Positions 24,960-64,000 of a DNA stretch of 64,000 nucleotides are shown in pieces; position 1 is the first letter of the stretch; the number at the start of each line of letters is the position of its first letter. The notes beneath the pieces are model-generated. The model was given only the letters and a program-made list of their open reading frames with translations, was not told the DNA's origin and did not search any database. The position numbers and the translations under genes are program-made. Origin of the DNA: Macrostomum hystrix (lineage: Eukaryota; Animalia; Platyhelminthes); contig CATNEN010000029.1 in assembly GCA_950097015.1 (NCBI GenBank), forward strand, positions 1,302,001 through 1,366,000. Direction: 5' to 3'.

Positions 24960-26460
24960 GCCTCGGTCTACCTAGGCCTAGCACGGTTCTTGGATCTTCC
25001 TGCATGTGTCGAAAAAAAGAAAGGGCCGCTCACCATCAGAAAGTTCTCAACGCTCCGCCTCCTGACACTGGACCTCTAGCGTTTCCGCGGACTTCAAACC
25101 GTCTGCTCCAAACAGCTTTGGTTAATATTCGATCCATTTCTGTCACTGAATTCCACCAAGCGTTGGTCACTTCACTCTCCGATGCCGCAGCCTGTGTTGA
25201 CTAAATCACTCCTCTGGTGCTCAAGCTCCCTTCTCCCTTTTCAATACAAACTTGCTAAACAAGCTGGACTCCATTCTAGGAAGGAACCCAGATTTAGCTA
25301 GCGTTTTGCTTGTCGAACCTCGAAAATGTTTCCATCCATTCCAGCTCAAGTCTATTCTCCAAAACCCTTTGCCTCCCTGAGCTTGATCATCTGCTGCGAA
25401 GCGTTCAAAGCGGTTTCAGACCACGTAGATTTGCTCCGCATCATCATTGAAGCCTGCCATAAGGCTGGTCATAAGGCCGTCTCAATTCTAGACTTGCGGT
25501 AGGCTCTTTCACTCGGTGGCGCGCTCGATTGATCTCTCGGTAATTGTTGCTTGGCCCAGTACGGGTTTCCAGCTGCGCTGATCACTAGCTGTCGCTGACC
25601 TCAACATGGACACGCGTGCCTTCGTCCAGACTCCTGACCGCCGAAATAGACACATCCGATGGAGTTCTTCAAAGTGATATTTTGACCCCTTTTCTTTTAT
25701 TAATTGTTCGTCGATTACATCCTGCGACGCGCGCTAAGATGACGACTACATCATGACCACTCGTCGAGGTCCGCAACACACCTCTGTCACCCTCAATGCA
25801 GAACATCGCAGACGACATCGCCCACACCAGCAAGGACCCGTTTGCTGCTCAACGCGCCGTCACCAGACTTTGCGAAGAAGCCGCCAGCTGACTTGGCTTC
25901 GTGGTCAATGCCCGCAAAACCGAAGTTCTTCCCGTGGGAACCGAAAGCAGTCCATCAATCGCTGCGACTCTCCCGAGTGGTGAGCAGATGATGGCCTGCA
26001 ACGACCTCCCGTAACTCCGTTCCCTCGTCATGACGCCTGAGACCATCATCGCCGATCGAATTGGACGCAAGCATGACAAATTAAGCTTGGACTCTAAAAA
26101 ACAGGGCACAAACTGAAATATTTTATCTGTTCTGCCCCCCCGACACATTTAAGATGAAGTTTTTTCATGCTGCCGTCGAAACTACCCTGCTCTACGGCCT
26201 GGAGGCGGTCACCAACTCCATGGAGGGAAAGAAGCAAGTTTCGATGCCTCGCACAGAGTCCTTCTCCGCTCCGTCGCAGGCGCCAAACCCTCGCTGATGG
26301 CCACGTCCTCACACGCCTGTCAATTATAAAGCTTCAAAAGGCAAACCCGCTTGTCATTGCTCTGCTGCACCAGGCCACTAAATCATTCAGGGGCGCGGAC
26401 GTGCACAAGCCGGCACTCTGAAACTCTGAACTCTCACCTTAAATCTATATGGCCAGTTCC
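24960..26460 (+). mobile_element. Decayed RTE-like non-LTR retrotransposon (reverse transcriptase relic with stops and frameshifts)
   Basis: Remnant RT motifs in order: LDLR*A..SVARS (~25490), DTRAFVQTPD (~25610), GVLQSDILTPFL (~25660; canonical GVxQGDxLxPFLF), ADDIA (~25808) and FHAAVETTLLYGLEA (~26160). Confidence 0.75.
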
Positions 26461-26912
26461 TTGGCGTGAATGCCAGTTTTCTGCGTTTACACGTCCCAAG
26501 TCTATCGCGAGCGCGTGCGCGCTTAGTTTTCCCCAGCGTCCTATTATCATTATTAGTCTCAGTTTTACGTGCCCAGGAAAATAATCGTGCAAAATTTTAC
26601 GAGCCGGATATCTTAGCTACATAACAAAGTTTTTTCGCCAAATAAGTTTAAAATGTCGGCTCCCTTGCTTTACTAATGAGAAATAGCTGTAAGAAGCACT
26701 TCGCGTTAAGTAAATTATGTAAAATATGTCACGATTACTACATAAGGCGGCATCTTTGAAAGTACAGTAAAATTTTGAACGTCAAGTATTTCTAATAAAG
26801 TTTTACTGCACTACTGTGCACAAATCATATGATTTCGCGAGACACATGCCTTATTCGTAACTAACCTTTTCTAAAGTAAAAAACACAGCTAGCTGCTAGG
26901 TCGTCAACCAAA

Positions 26913-54907
<27,995 letters not shown>

Positions 54908-56579
54908 TTCGCACCTCTCTTATGCCGCGCCTGCTTGCGCGCCAGTTTCATGCTATTTTTTACTGTCTGTTTTGCTTCTTCTGTTCAATTTTGGTATTGC
55001 TTCTTGGGGTGAGGTCAGCGGGTTAGATTTTGGGAAAACCACACAGTCACTTTCTAATAATATTAAGACCTTGTTACACTTTATAGTGCATAGCTTGTAC
55101 TCTTGGTATGTACATTAATTGCCATCGAGTGTACATTTTGGCATGTACATTGATTGTGCATTGGATGCACATTTCCCATGTACATAACTGTGCACAAAGG
55201 TGTAAAAATACCATGTACATTTGTTATGTACAATGACCAACTCGCCTTGGATAGCAACTATATGTAGTATTTTGGCTAAGATTCATATAGTAGTCTAATT
55301 AACTGGTCAATTAAACTAGCTGTTCTGTCTATCACTATAATAATTCAGTCAAATATTTTTGTCAATGTAATTGCAACTCTGCATCATTTTTAATTGTCTC
55401 TAATAAGTAGGTGATCGCAATTTCCTCAATCCTTACAGTACAGGTAGGCATTGTGTAGCAGCTGCTTTTAGCTTTTTTTGATTTTATTTTTAATTCTTTT
55501 TCGTGCTGCAACTGCATAACTATGTTAAGCATGGTTCATAGGTCAATTAATTGTCTTCCTAATGAGTTTCAACCTCACTAATGTTGGTTATGATTTAAAT
55601 ATGCTTATTCTAGTCTTGATTTTTTTCTTTTTCTATTGGTTTTTAACTCATATTATTTGTATTTTGCTTCTCAAACGAACTAAAAATCGACGCATTTTTG
55701 TTTCTTCTTTTTTTAGTTTTTTTGCTACGAAGGCCTACTACAACGACTCAGAAAGGTTAACTACGCAAGAAAGGAACTAGCTCTGCTATGGGCTTAGCAT
55801 GTTGCTGCCAGTTCGTTAATTGGCCTTTCAGTCGGGCATTCATTCGCCGCTTAATTATTTTTATTTTCATTCGCAATTCGCCTTTATTTATTAAACCTCA
55901 CCACTCTACTAACAGTAGCGATGTCAAATCTTTTGTACTCATTTTTGCTACTAGTCAGAAGATGGTGCAATCATTTTGTTTGTCAATAGTTATTGTTGAG
56001 TTTTTTGTGTATTAGCAATGGCCCAGCTGATTATCCCAGTATTATTTGCTCGTTCTCTTCCCTTTTTTAACCAACCCTCTCTTTCATTGGTTTCTTGTTA
56101 GACAACTGAATTGTTTTTTTAAACTGCATGTCAGCGATTTTGAGTACTCAGTTCTTTGCATGCTTATCATACTACTCGTGCACTTCTAGTAGTGCCTTTG
56201 TATTTTTTTTCTATCCCAGTTCAATTTTGATAGTCTATTCACCTTGCCTAAGTTCTACTCAAACTATGGTTATACAGTTTAGGTTATTGACATTTCATAT
56301 TTCTGCTACTATTTTCAGTTTGAATATAATGCATATTGAAGCGGTTTATTGTGCAAATTTCTATTAAAAATGCCTCATGAACTGATTTGTGACTGCTGAA
56401 CGTTGCTAACATCTATAATCATATAAATATACTCCTGCTAATTGTCTAAGTTCAGCTCGCCCGTATAACTGTTGTTAAAATACGCTGCGAAAGCAAATAC
56501 TTGACTAATGTAGCTTAACAGTTTTAATGTGCTCTTCGATATGGGTGTGGATTGCTAGTCTATACTCTGAAAAAGTAGC

Positions 56580-58400
56580 TGTTAGTCTAAACAGTGAGAT
56601 TAGAGTGGATTGCTAGTCTAGGCAGTGAGATTAGAGTGGAATGCTAGTCTAGGCAGTGAGATTAGAGTGGATTGCTAGTCTAGGCAGTGAGATTAGAGTG
56701 GATTGCTAGTCTAGGCAGTGAGATTAGAGTGGATTGCTAGTCTAGGCAGTGAGATTAGAGTGGATTGCTAGTCTAGGCAGTGAGATATGAGTGGATTGCT
56801 AGTCTAGGCAGTGAGATTAGAGTGGAATGCTAGTCTAGGCAGTGAGATATGAGTGGATTGCTAGTCTAGGCAGTGAGATATGAGTGGATTGCTAGTCTAG
56901 GCAGTGAGATTAGAGTGGATTGCTAGTCTAGGCAGTGAGATTAGAGTGGATTGCTAGTCTAGGCAGTGAGATATGAGTGGATTGCTAGTCTAGGCAGTGA
57001 GATTAGAGTGGATTGCTAGTCTAGGCAGTGAGATATGAGTGGATTGCTAGTCTAGATATGAGTGGATTGCTAGTCTAGGCAGTGAGATATGAGTGGATTG
57101 CTAGTCTAGGCAGTGAGATATGAGTGGATTGCTAGTCTAGGCAGTGAGATTAGAGTGAATTGCTAGTCTAGGCAGTGAGATTAGAGTGGATTGCTAGTCT
57201 AGGCAGTGAGATTAGAGTGGAATGCTAGTCTAGGCAGTGAGATATGAGTGGATTGCTAGTCTAGGCAGTGAGATATGAGTGGATTGCTAGTCTAGGCAGT
57301 GAGATTAGAGTGGATTGCTAGTCTAGGCAGTGAGATTAGAGTGGATTGCTAGTCTAGGCAGTGAGATATGAGTGGATTGCTAGTCTAGGCAGTGAGATTA
57401 GAGTGGATTGCTAGTCTAGGCAGTGAGATATGAGTGGATTGCTAGTCTAGATATGAGTGGATTGCTAGTCTAGGCAGTGAGATATGAGTGGATTGCTAGT
57501 CTAGGCAGTGAGATATGAGTGGATTGCTAGTCTAGGCAGTGAGATTAGAGTGAATTGCTAGTCTAGGCAGTGAGATTAGAGTGGATTGCTAGTCTAGGCA
57601 GTGAGATTAGAGTGGAATGCTAGTCTAGGCAGTGAGATTAGAGAGGAATGCTAGTCTAGGCAGTGAGATTAGAGTGGATTGCTAGTCTAGGCAGTGAGAT
57701 TAGAGTGGAATGCTAGTCTAGGCAGTGAGATTAGAGTGGATTGCTAGTCTAGGCAGTGAGATTAGAGTGGATTGCTAGTCTAGGCAGTGAGATTAGAGTG
57801 GAATGATAGTCTAGGCAGTGAGATATGAGTGGATTGCTAGTCTAGGCAGTGAGATATGAGTGGAATGCTAGTCTAGGCAGTGAGATATGAGTGGATTGCT
57901 AGTCTAGGCAGTGAGATTAGAGTGGATTGCTAGTCTAGGCAGTGAGATTAGAGTGGATTGCTAGTCTAGGCAGTGAGATTAGAGTGGATTGCTAGTCTAG
58001 GCAGTGAGATTAGAGTGGATTGCTAGTTTAGGCAGTGAGATTAGAGTGGATTGCTAGTCTAGGCAGTGAGATTAGAGTGGATTGCTAGTCTAGGCAGTGA
58101 GATTAGAGTGGATTGCTAGTTTAGGCAGTGAGATTAGAGTGGATTGCTAGTCTAGGCAATGAGATATGAGTGGATTGCTAGTTTAGGCAGTGAGATTAGA
58201 GTGGATTGCTAGTCTAGGCAGTGAGATTAGAGTGGATTGCTAGTTTAGGCAGTGAGATTAGAGTGGATTGCTAGTCTAGGCAGTGAGATTAGAGTGGATT
58301 GCTAGTTTAGGCAGTGAGATTAGAGTGGATTGCTAGTCTAGGCAGTGAGATTAGAGTGGATTGCTAGTCTAGGCAGTGAGATATGAGTGGATTGCTATTC
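56580..58400. repeat. 31-bp minisatellite (GCTAGTCTAGGCAGTGAGATTAGAGTGGATT), intergenic
   Basis: GCTAGT recurs at 56643, 56674 and onward; about 58 units. Confidence 0.96.
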
Positions 58401-58879
58401 CATAGATATATTAAGAAGAGATATGGCCGCCCTCTTTTAGAATTTCTCTAGTCACTACCCGAAACTGTTTATCTTGTCCTTCACTCCAGCGATATAATCA
58501 GTTATCTCTTTATTTCGCTCGTGTTTTCACTATACGTTGTAAATTTTGCTCTTTCAACTTTCCAAGCAGATACTTGGCGGTGGGTGCCTTCTTTATCGAG
58601 ATAGAAGACAGGAAGGACAGTTAAGCTGTCTTATAATTCTAATTATTTCAACTTTGCGGGTGAAAGCACACAGAATGTTTTGGTTTTTGGTCTGTGGCTG
58701 GCTGTGGTGTTCGACCAGATAAACTATTGTTCTACAAATTACGCAAATTAGTTTACTGCCCTGTTGAACATTTTAGAGTCGTCTCAGCCTCAGCCTCTTA
58801 GCTAGTGTCTACAGAAGGTTTTGCATCATTTTTATTACCACGTTTTCTTCGAAATCATATAAGGGTTTTCTGCTGCCTG

Positions 58880-59060
58880 GTCTATGGATGGGTGACAGCG
58901 GTTCACGTGTTTGCTTCTCGCACCAAGGTTCCTAAGCTTGATTCAGCGGCGAGGCCACATTCATTTGGGGCGCAGCCGCGGAGAGAAGGCTTGGACCTCC
59001 AAGGCACAGTAAAATTGTACACTGCCTCACGATGAGAAAGTCAGGGCAGAGGTACACACT
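58880..59060 (+). mobile_element. SINE family 1 copy
   Basis: TTCTCGCACCAAGGT..GAGGCCACATTCATTTGGGGCGCAGCCGCGGAGAGAAGGCTTGG..TGTACACTGCCTCACGATGAGAAAGTCAGGGCAG. Confidence 0.75.
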
Positions 59061-59331
<271 letters not shown>

Positions 59332-60271
59332 TCCTTCTGAGTCCTACTGTCCTACAAATCAAGCTATTTTGTCAGGCCCTGTGTTTGATTTCCCACAGTG
59401 CGCCGTCAACTGTCTCTATAAGTTAGCCGAAAGCCTGAAGACTTTATAAAACTTCCATCAAGTTTTAATGAAGCTTTAGGCTTGCAGGGAGACTAATTAG
59501 CTCGGATATGCAGTAAGTAATATCCAGACCAAACTATTCTCTCACGCCATCATGCAAGCGACCACAATACCTTGTATAACTACTTCTACGAGCTACATTT
59601 ATATCTATCGAGCTATCAGACCAAACTCTTGGCCTCGTATTTTTCTTTTTTTCATTTATTAGGTTCTATATAATCAGTTTCATCTCATTCTTTCCCTTAA
59701 CTGTGGTTGCTTCAGCTTCTGTCTCTGCTTTTCAATATAACTCCAGCCAAGTTGAAGCCAATGAAGCCCCCGCTGAAAACTAAAAAGAGGGCCCCTGAGA
59801 CTGCGTGCTGAGAGTGCGAGAGAATGCTAGTGGAGTAGTGGGCCGACTGCAGGTCGGGCAGCCCACCCCCCTCCACGGCCAGCCACCCCGATGCGCCTCC
59901 ACCAATAAGCCTCCTACTGTCATCCCACTAGCGTACTGAGGCTGAGGGCGATGAGTGTATGTGTGTGTTGGTGTGCACTTTAGCCAGGGGTGGCGCGGTG
60001 TACAGGCAGACAGACTGGTTGGCGGCGCAGAAAAGAAAGAATTCTTTTATTCTCACTGCCTCATTTTCTAAGCGCGACTCGAACAAGGGAGCAAGAACAA
60101 ATATGATGGTATATATGCATAGGAAACAATTCAACATTGCTCTAGTTGCCACCTGCGGCGCTGCTCCATTTTGAGTGCTTGTTTCCCACTTCTCTTTTTA
60201 CTCTTGATCACTACTGTCTGGTCTGGTAAATACAGCAGTAGCAACACTAGCACGAGGTTTCCAAGTTAGCC

Positions 60272-62414
60272 ATGGGAGTTTTGCGAATGTTCGTGGAGAC
60301 GTTCGTCTTCAACACTTCAATGCGTGGCTTCATGAAGCTCTACAAGACGCCACATCGATTCCTGCGCTGCCTCTGGGCATTGTACGCCATCTCCATGTTG
60401 TCTCTGTGGATAACGGCCTGCTACTTCCTCATCGAGCACTACAGGGGGTTCTATGTCACAGTGCAGCAGAGCGAGCGGATTCAGGACATCACGCCGCTGC
60501 CGTCCATAACACTGTGCAGCCAGGCGCCAACGGGAGACCATGCGGAAAAGCTTTGGAGCAATGGCACCATCATGTCGCCGTTGCAACTGCATCAGGCCAT
60601 GAAGCGCAGCATGCGTAATGCGTTCGGCAATGGGAAGGGCCGCCCAATGTCCAAGATTTACGCCGCCAAGGATGTATTCTACGCCGACAAGATATCGACG
60701 TACTTTCAGAACATCCACATCAACGAAGCTCGGCGCATCGGCATGCAGCCAGAAGACCTAGTAGTCTTCTGCCTGATGAAGCACACTCCTAATAACAATC
60801 CCAGCGTTAGTCACGACGAGCTCTGCCGCCTGTCCGTGAAATGGGTCCGGCACCCGCTCTACCTGAACTGCTATACCGTCACTGTTGACTCGATGGACTC
60901 TCTTGATGTTTCATCCGTGTCACTGATTCTGCGGTCGGGAGTTGCTCAGCCTGTACCACTGCAGGGCCACATATTCGATTTGTTTACGCAGTCGCTTGGC
61001 CTGAAGGTCACCCTGCACGAGCCTGGCAGTCATCCGAATATTGACGAGAACGGAATAAGTGTCGGCATGGGCCGCAACACGGAGATCCGCTATACGCTGG
61101 TACAACACAGGCGTTTGAATCTTGGCAACGAGCGCAGCAACTGTCTGGACTCGGAGAAGGTAGCAAAGAAGCCGCTATTGAAGGACTTCGATCAGTCCTA
61201 CAATTACACGTTCGATGCGTGCATGAGCGAGGCCATTGGTAGGCTAATCCTGCTTGAGTGCAACTGCGTGTCCGCTTTTCATCTGGTCACGCGGGTGCCA
61301 ACGAAGAGCACGCCTTTCTGTCATTATCACGAGGCCGAAAATACTTCCAGTTTGCTGGCCAGGTGAGATCATTTTGGAGTTAATTTATTGCTTTTTAAGA
61401 ACCTTTCACTAGAGTTAAACAATGGCGTTAGTTAGCTGATGGCACGATACAATAGTCTAATAGAAATTAAATCAGATTTCCACCTATGTGCTTTGCACCT
61501 GTTGTAGGCATTGCGCACTTGGTAAAATATGAATTCGAAAAATGTTTGCTCAAAGCACATATTTTCGCAGACTCGACTGTGTTCGCAACATTAAACTGCC
61601 GCACCGCATAGCCGAAATACGCTCCACTTCCTGTCTGAACCGGTGCAATTTCAATCGATACGAGATGCAGGTCAGCTCAGCCCAATGGATGCCGACTCAC
61701 TGGCAGATGAGGCTGATCCTGCGACTCGCACCAGCCTGGGACACGATCACTGATCGGCACTCTGGTCAGGCTGAGGCGGAGAAGGCGCGCCGGATGTTAT
61801 TGGAATTTATGGACTCCAGCTCCAGCACGGAGTTAAGAGAGCAACTCATCAACAGTAGCGAAATAGACCTCAGCCGCCTGACATTGGTTACTGTGTCTCG
61901 AGCGACCTACAATACCGTGGTGAAAACTGAGACGCTTCAGGTGACGCTGTCCACACTGCTTGCCCAAATTGGCGGTCTGGGCTCCGTGACAATCGGCCTG
62001 ACCATCACGGTGCTGTTTGAAATCTGCGAGTATATCTATTTGACTACGTTCAACATTTTTAAACACTTGAAAGAGAAGCGGCGCCGAAAGATGAAAGGCG
62101 ACGAGGCGAATGAGGATGACAAGACGCGACTTGAGGACGGCGGAATCGGTGGCGGCGCTGCATTTGATGACAACGTAGATGATATGTTTAACGAGGATAA
62201 TGAGAAGCCTGAGTCAGATTTAGATTCATCGGAGCCAGAAGGCACCAATGAAGCTTTGCCATTGAACACGCTAGGGAGCGACGTGAGTAGCAAGCACAGC
62301 AGACACAGCAGCCAGCACCGAGACGACAAAGAAGTTGGAGAAACCGAAGAAGACAGCAACTCGTTAGAGTGGAAAGCTGAGAAGCGCATTCCCAGGCCCT
62401 TGGCGATGGCCTAA
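60272..62414 (+). CDS. DEG/ENaC (amiloride-sensitive sodium channel family) subunit, 2 coding exons, 644 aa
   Basis: Exons 60272-61362 (donor AG|GTGAG, phase 2) and 61571-62414. Features: TM1 after FVFNTSMRGF, LPSITLC, HPLYLNCYT, GLKVTLHEPGSHP, a Cys-rich thumb (YTFDAC..CNC..C; CLNRC) and TM2 LLAQIGGLGSVTIGLTITVLFEI, followed by an acidic tail. Confidence 0.9.
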
Positions 62415-64000
62415 CCCTGAACTGTACGTCCGAGAATAGTTTTGTTTTTAATTCCGAATTCAGAAACGCGTCTGTTGGCAGCAGTTATAGCGTCGATAAT
62501 AGATTTTAGTTTAATCCTAATAAGCTTAGTGTGCTTGATTCACCCTCAGTCAGAAGTCTAATGATCAAATGAACGAATAATATCAAAGATGTATAGAAGC
62601 TTTACTTGTGTCGTCTTGCATTTTCTCTACTGAAATTAATCTGCGGTATGTCATTGTTTCAATAATAAGTTTCATTGTCCGTATATTAAAATGCATGCTA
62701 ATATTTTAGCTTTCAAATCTTTTTACCTGAATACCTATTATACATTCATCAGGCAACAGGTAGCTTAAACTTAAGTCATACAATTGGATAAGTAAGGTAC
62801 TTACTTCTAAGCCAATAATTTATACCATATTCAAAAAGTACCCAAACTACACTTGTACTATTATTAACATTATTGCGTTTTAAAACTATTGTGCTCAATA
62901 AAACGCATACAGTGTTTTGCTAGAATACAGTAAAAATTACAGTTTATTCGTTTTGCGGGAAAATGGCCTGAGTAAAAGTAAGTAAGAGTCAAAAGTAAAA
63001 GTCAAAGTAAAGGCATGTGTACATTTTTCGATTGCAATCTCTACTAGATTTATTAAAAATAAACTAGGAGCTAATATAAGCGAATAACTCGTACATGTGC
63101 ACTGTATGCGGATCGATAATTTAAACGTGTTTTAGAAAATTTGAATATCATTGCAGCATTGCGTACTGGCAACTGCAATTTCGCCTGTAATTGTAAACCT
63201 CATATAATTACAAGCGTAATTATACTGGATTTCGTGCTGATTTACTAAAAAAAGTTCTTGCTTATTTCTTATTGTTGAAGCACAAGCAGTACATTTTTTA
63301 TCTCTTTTTATCTCATTTATAAAGACTTGCAAATGCGATTAAATATTAATGCATTACATTTTAGCTTTGGCAAAAGTTTGACAAACTATTTACACTATTT
63401 AAATACCATTTGAAATTGGCGAGTAGGCTACCGAATGAATAGCATATTTTTCCATACGGTACCTTACAAATTGCCGCTACCTTCTGTATAATTATGTTGC
63501 AGAAAAAATACAAAGATGAAATACAAAGTTTGGGGTAGTACTTAACCTCTTCCATACCGAGACTTTTTACTGCACTCCGAGAAAATCCGTATGGGTTAAA
63601 CAGCATGCAGTTAAATGTAAACTCAGCAGCCAAGTTGAAAAGCCCAGTTCTATAAAAAAATAGTTAAAGCAGAGCATACTCAGCTTTAGCTGTTGCTTAA
63701 AAATGCTTTTACACTAAATCACTACGCAATTTTGTCGTTTCAAACGAAAAACAAAAAAAATGCGTGCAGGTTCAAAAATACAGACACTTCTTTGTTTTAA
63801 TCATTTGAAAAGGGATTTGCAGTGCAACAATCTAACGCCAGGTAATAATGTGTTTAAATTCTGGAAACAATACATTGATATGTTGCACTTTTGCCTAGAC
63901 TAATTGTATTCTTTATCCTGAGCTATATAGTATTGTTTGACATATTTAATTTAGTGGTTCTTATTATTCGTTATTTGTACAGTTATTGTACAAAAAGCAA

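Overview
Eukaryotic (metazoan) genomic DNA: intron-rich genes with GC-rich exons, and 13-40 bp minisatellites in most large introns. This style suggests a free-living flatworm such as Macrostomum (inference only). I assembled six protein-coding genes by hand from splice sites and reading phase. (1) The 5' part of an RSKR/SGK494-like AGC kinase (minus strand, runs off the left edge, one probable GC-AG intron). (2,3) Two tandem minus-strand genes at 5160-9021 and 14525-19138 that the ORF track shows only as fragments; both splice into type II membrane proteins with a divergent C-terminal TNF-homology-like domain and matching exon phases. (4) An intronless polyQ/coiled-coil gene. (5) A complete 21-coding-exon non-muscle myosin II heavy chain gene (2008 aa), with one intron that has a U12-type 5' splice site. 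(6) A two-exon DEG/ENaC channel with atypical HG and selectivity-filter motifs. Also present: one tRNA-Asp(GTC), two tRNA-derived SINE families, a decayed RTE-like LINE, a ~410 bp dispersed repeat and about 25 tandem arrays. Most long ORFs in the track are translations of tandem repeats. All family assignments rest on motif recognition from memory; no database search was run.
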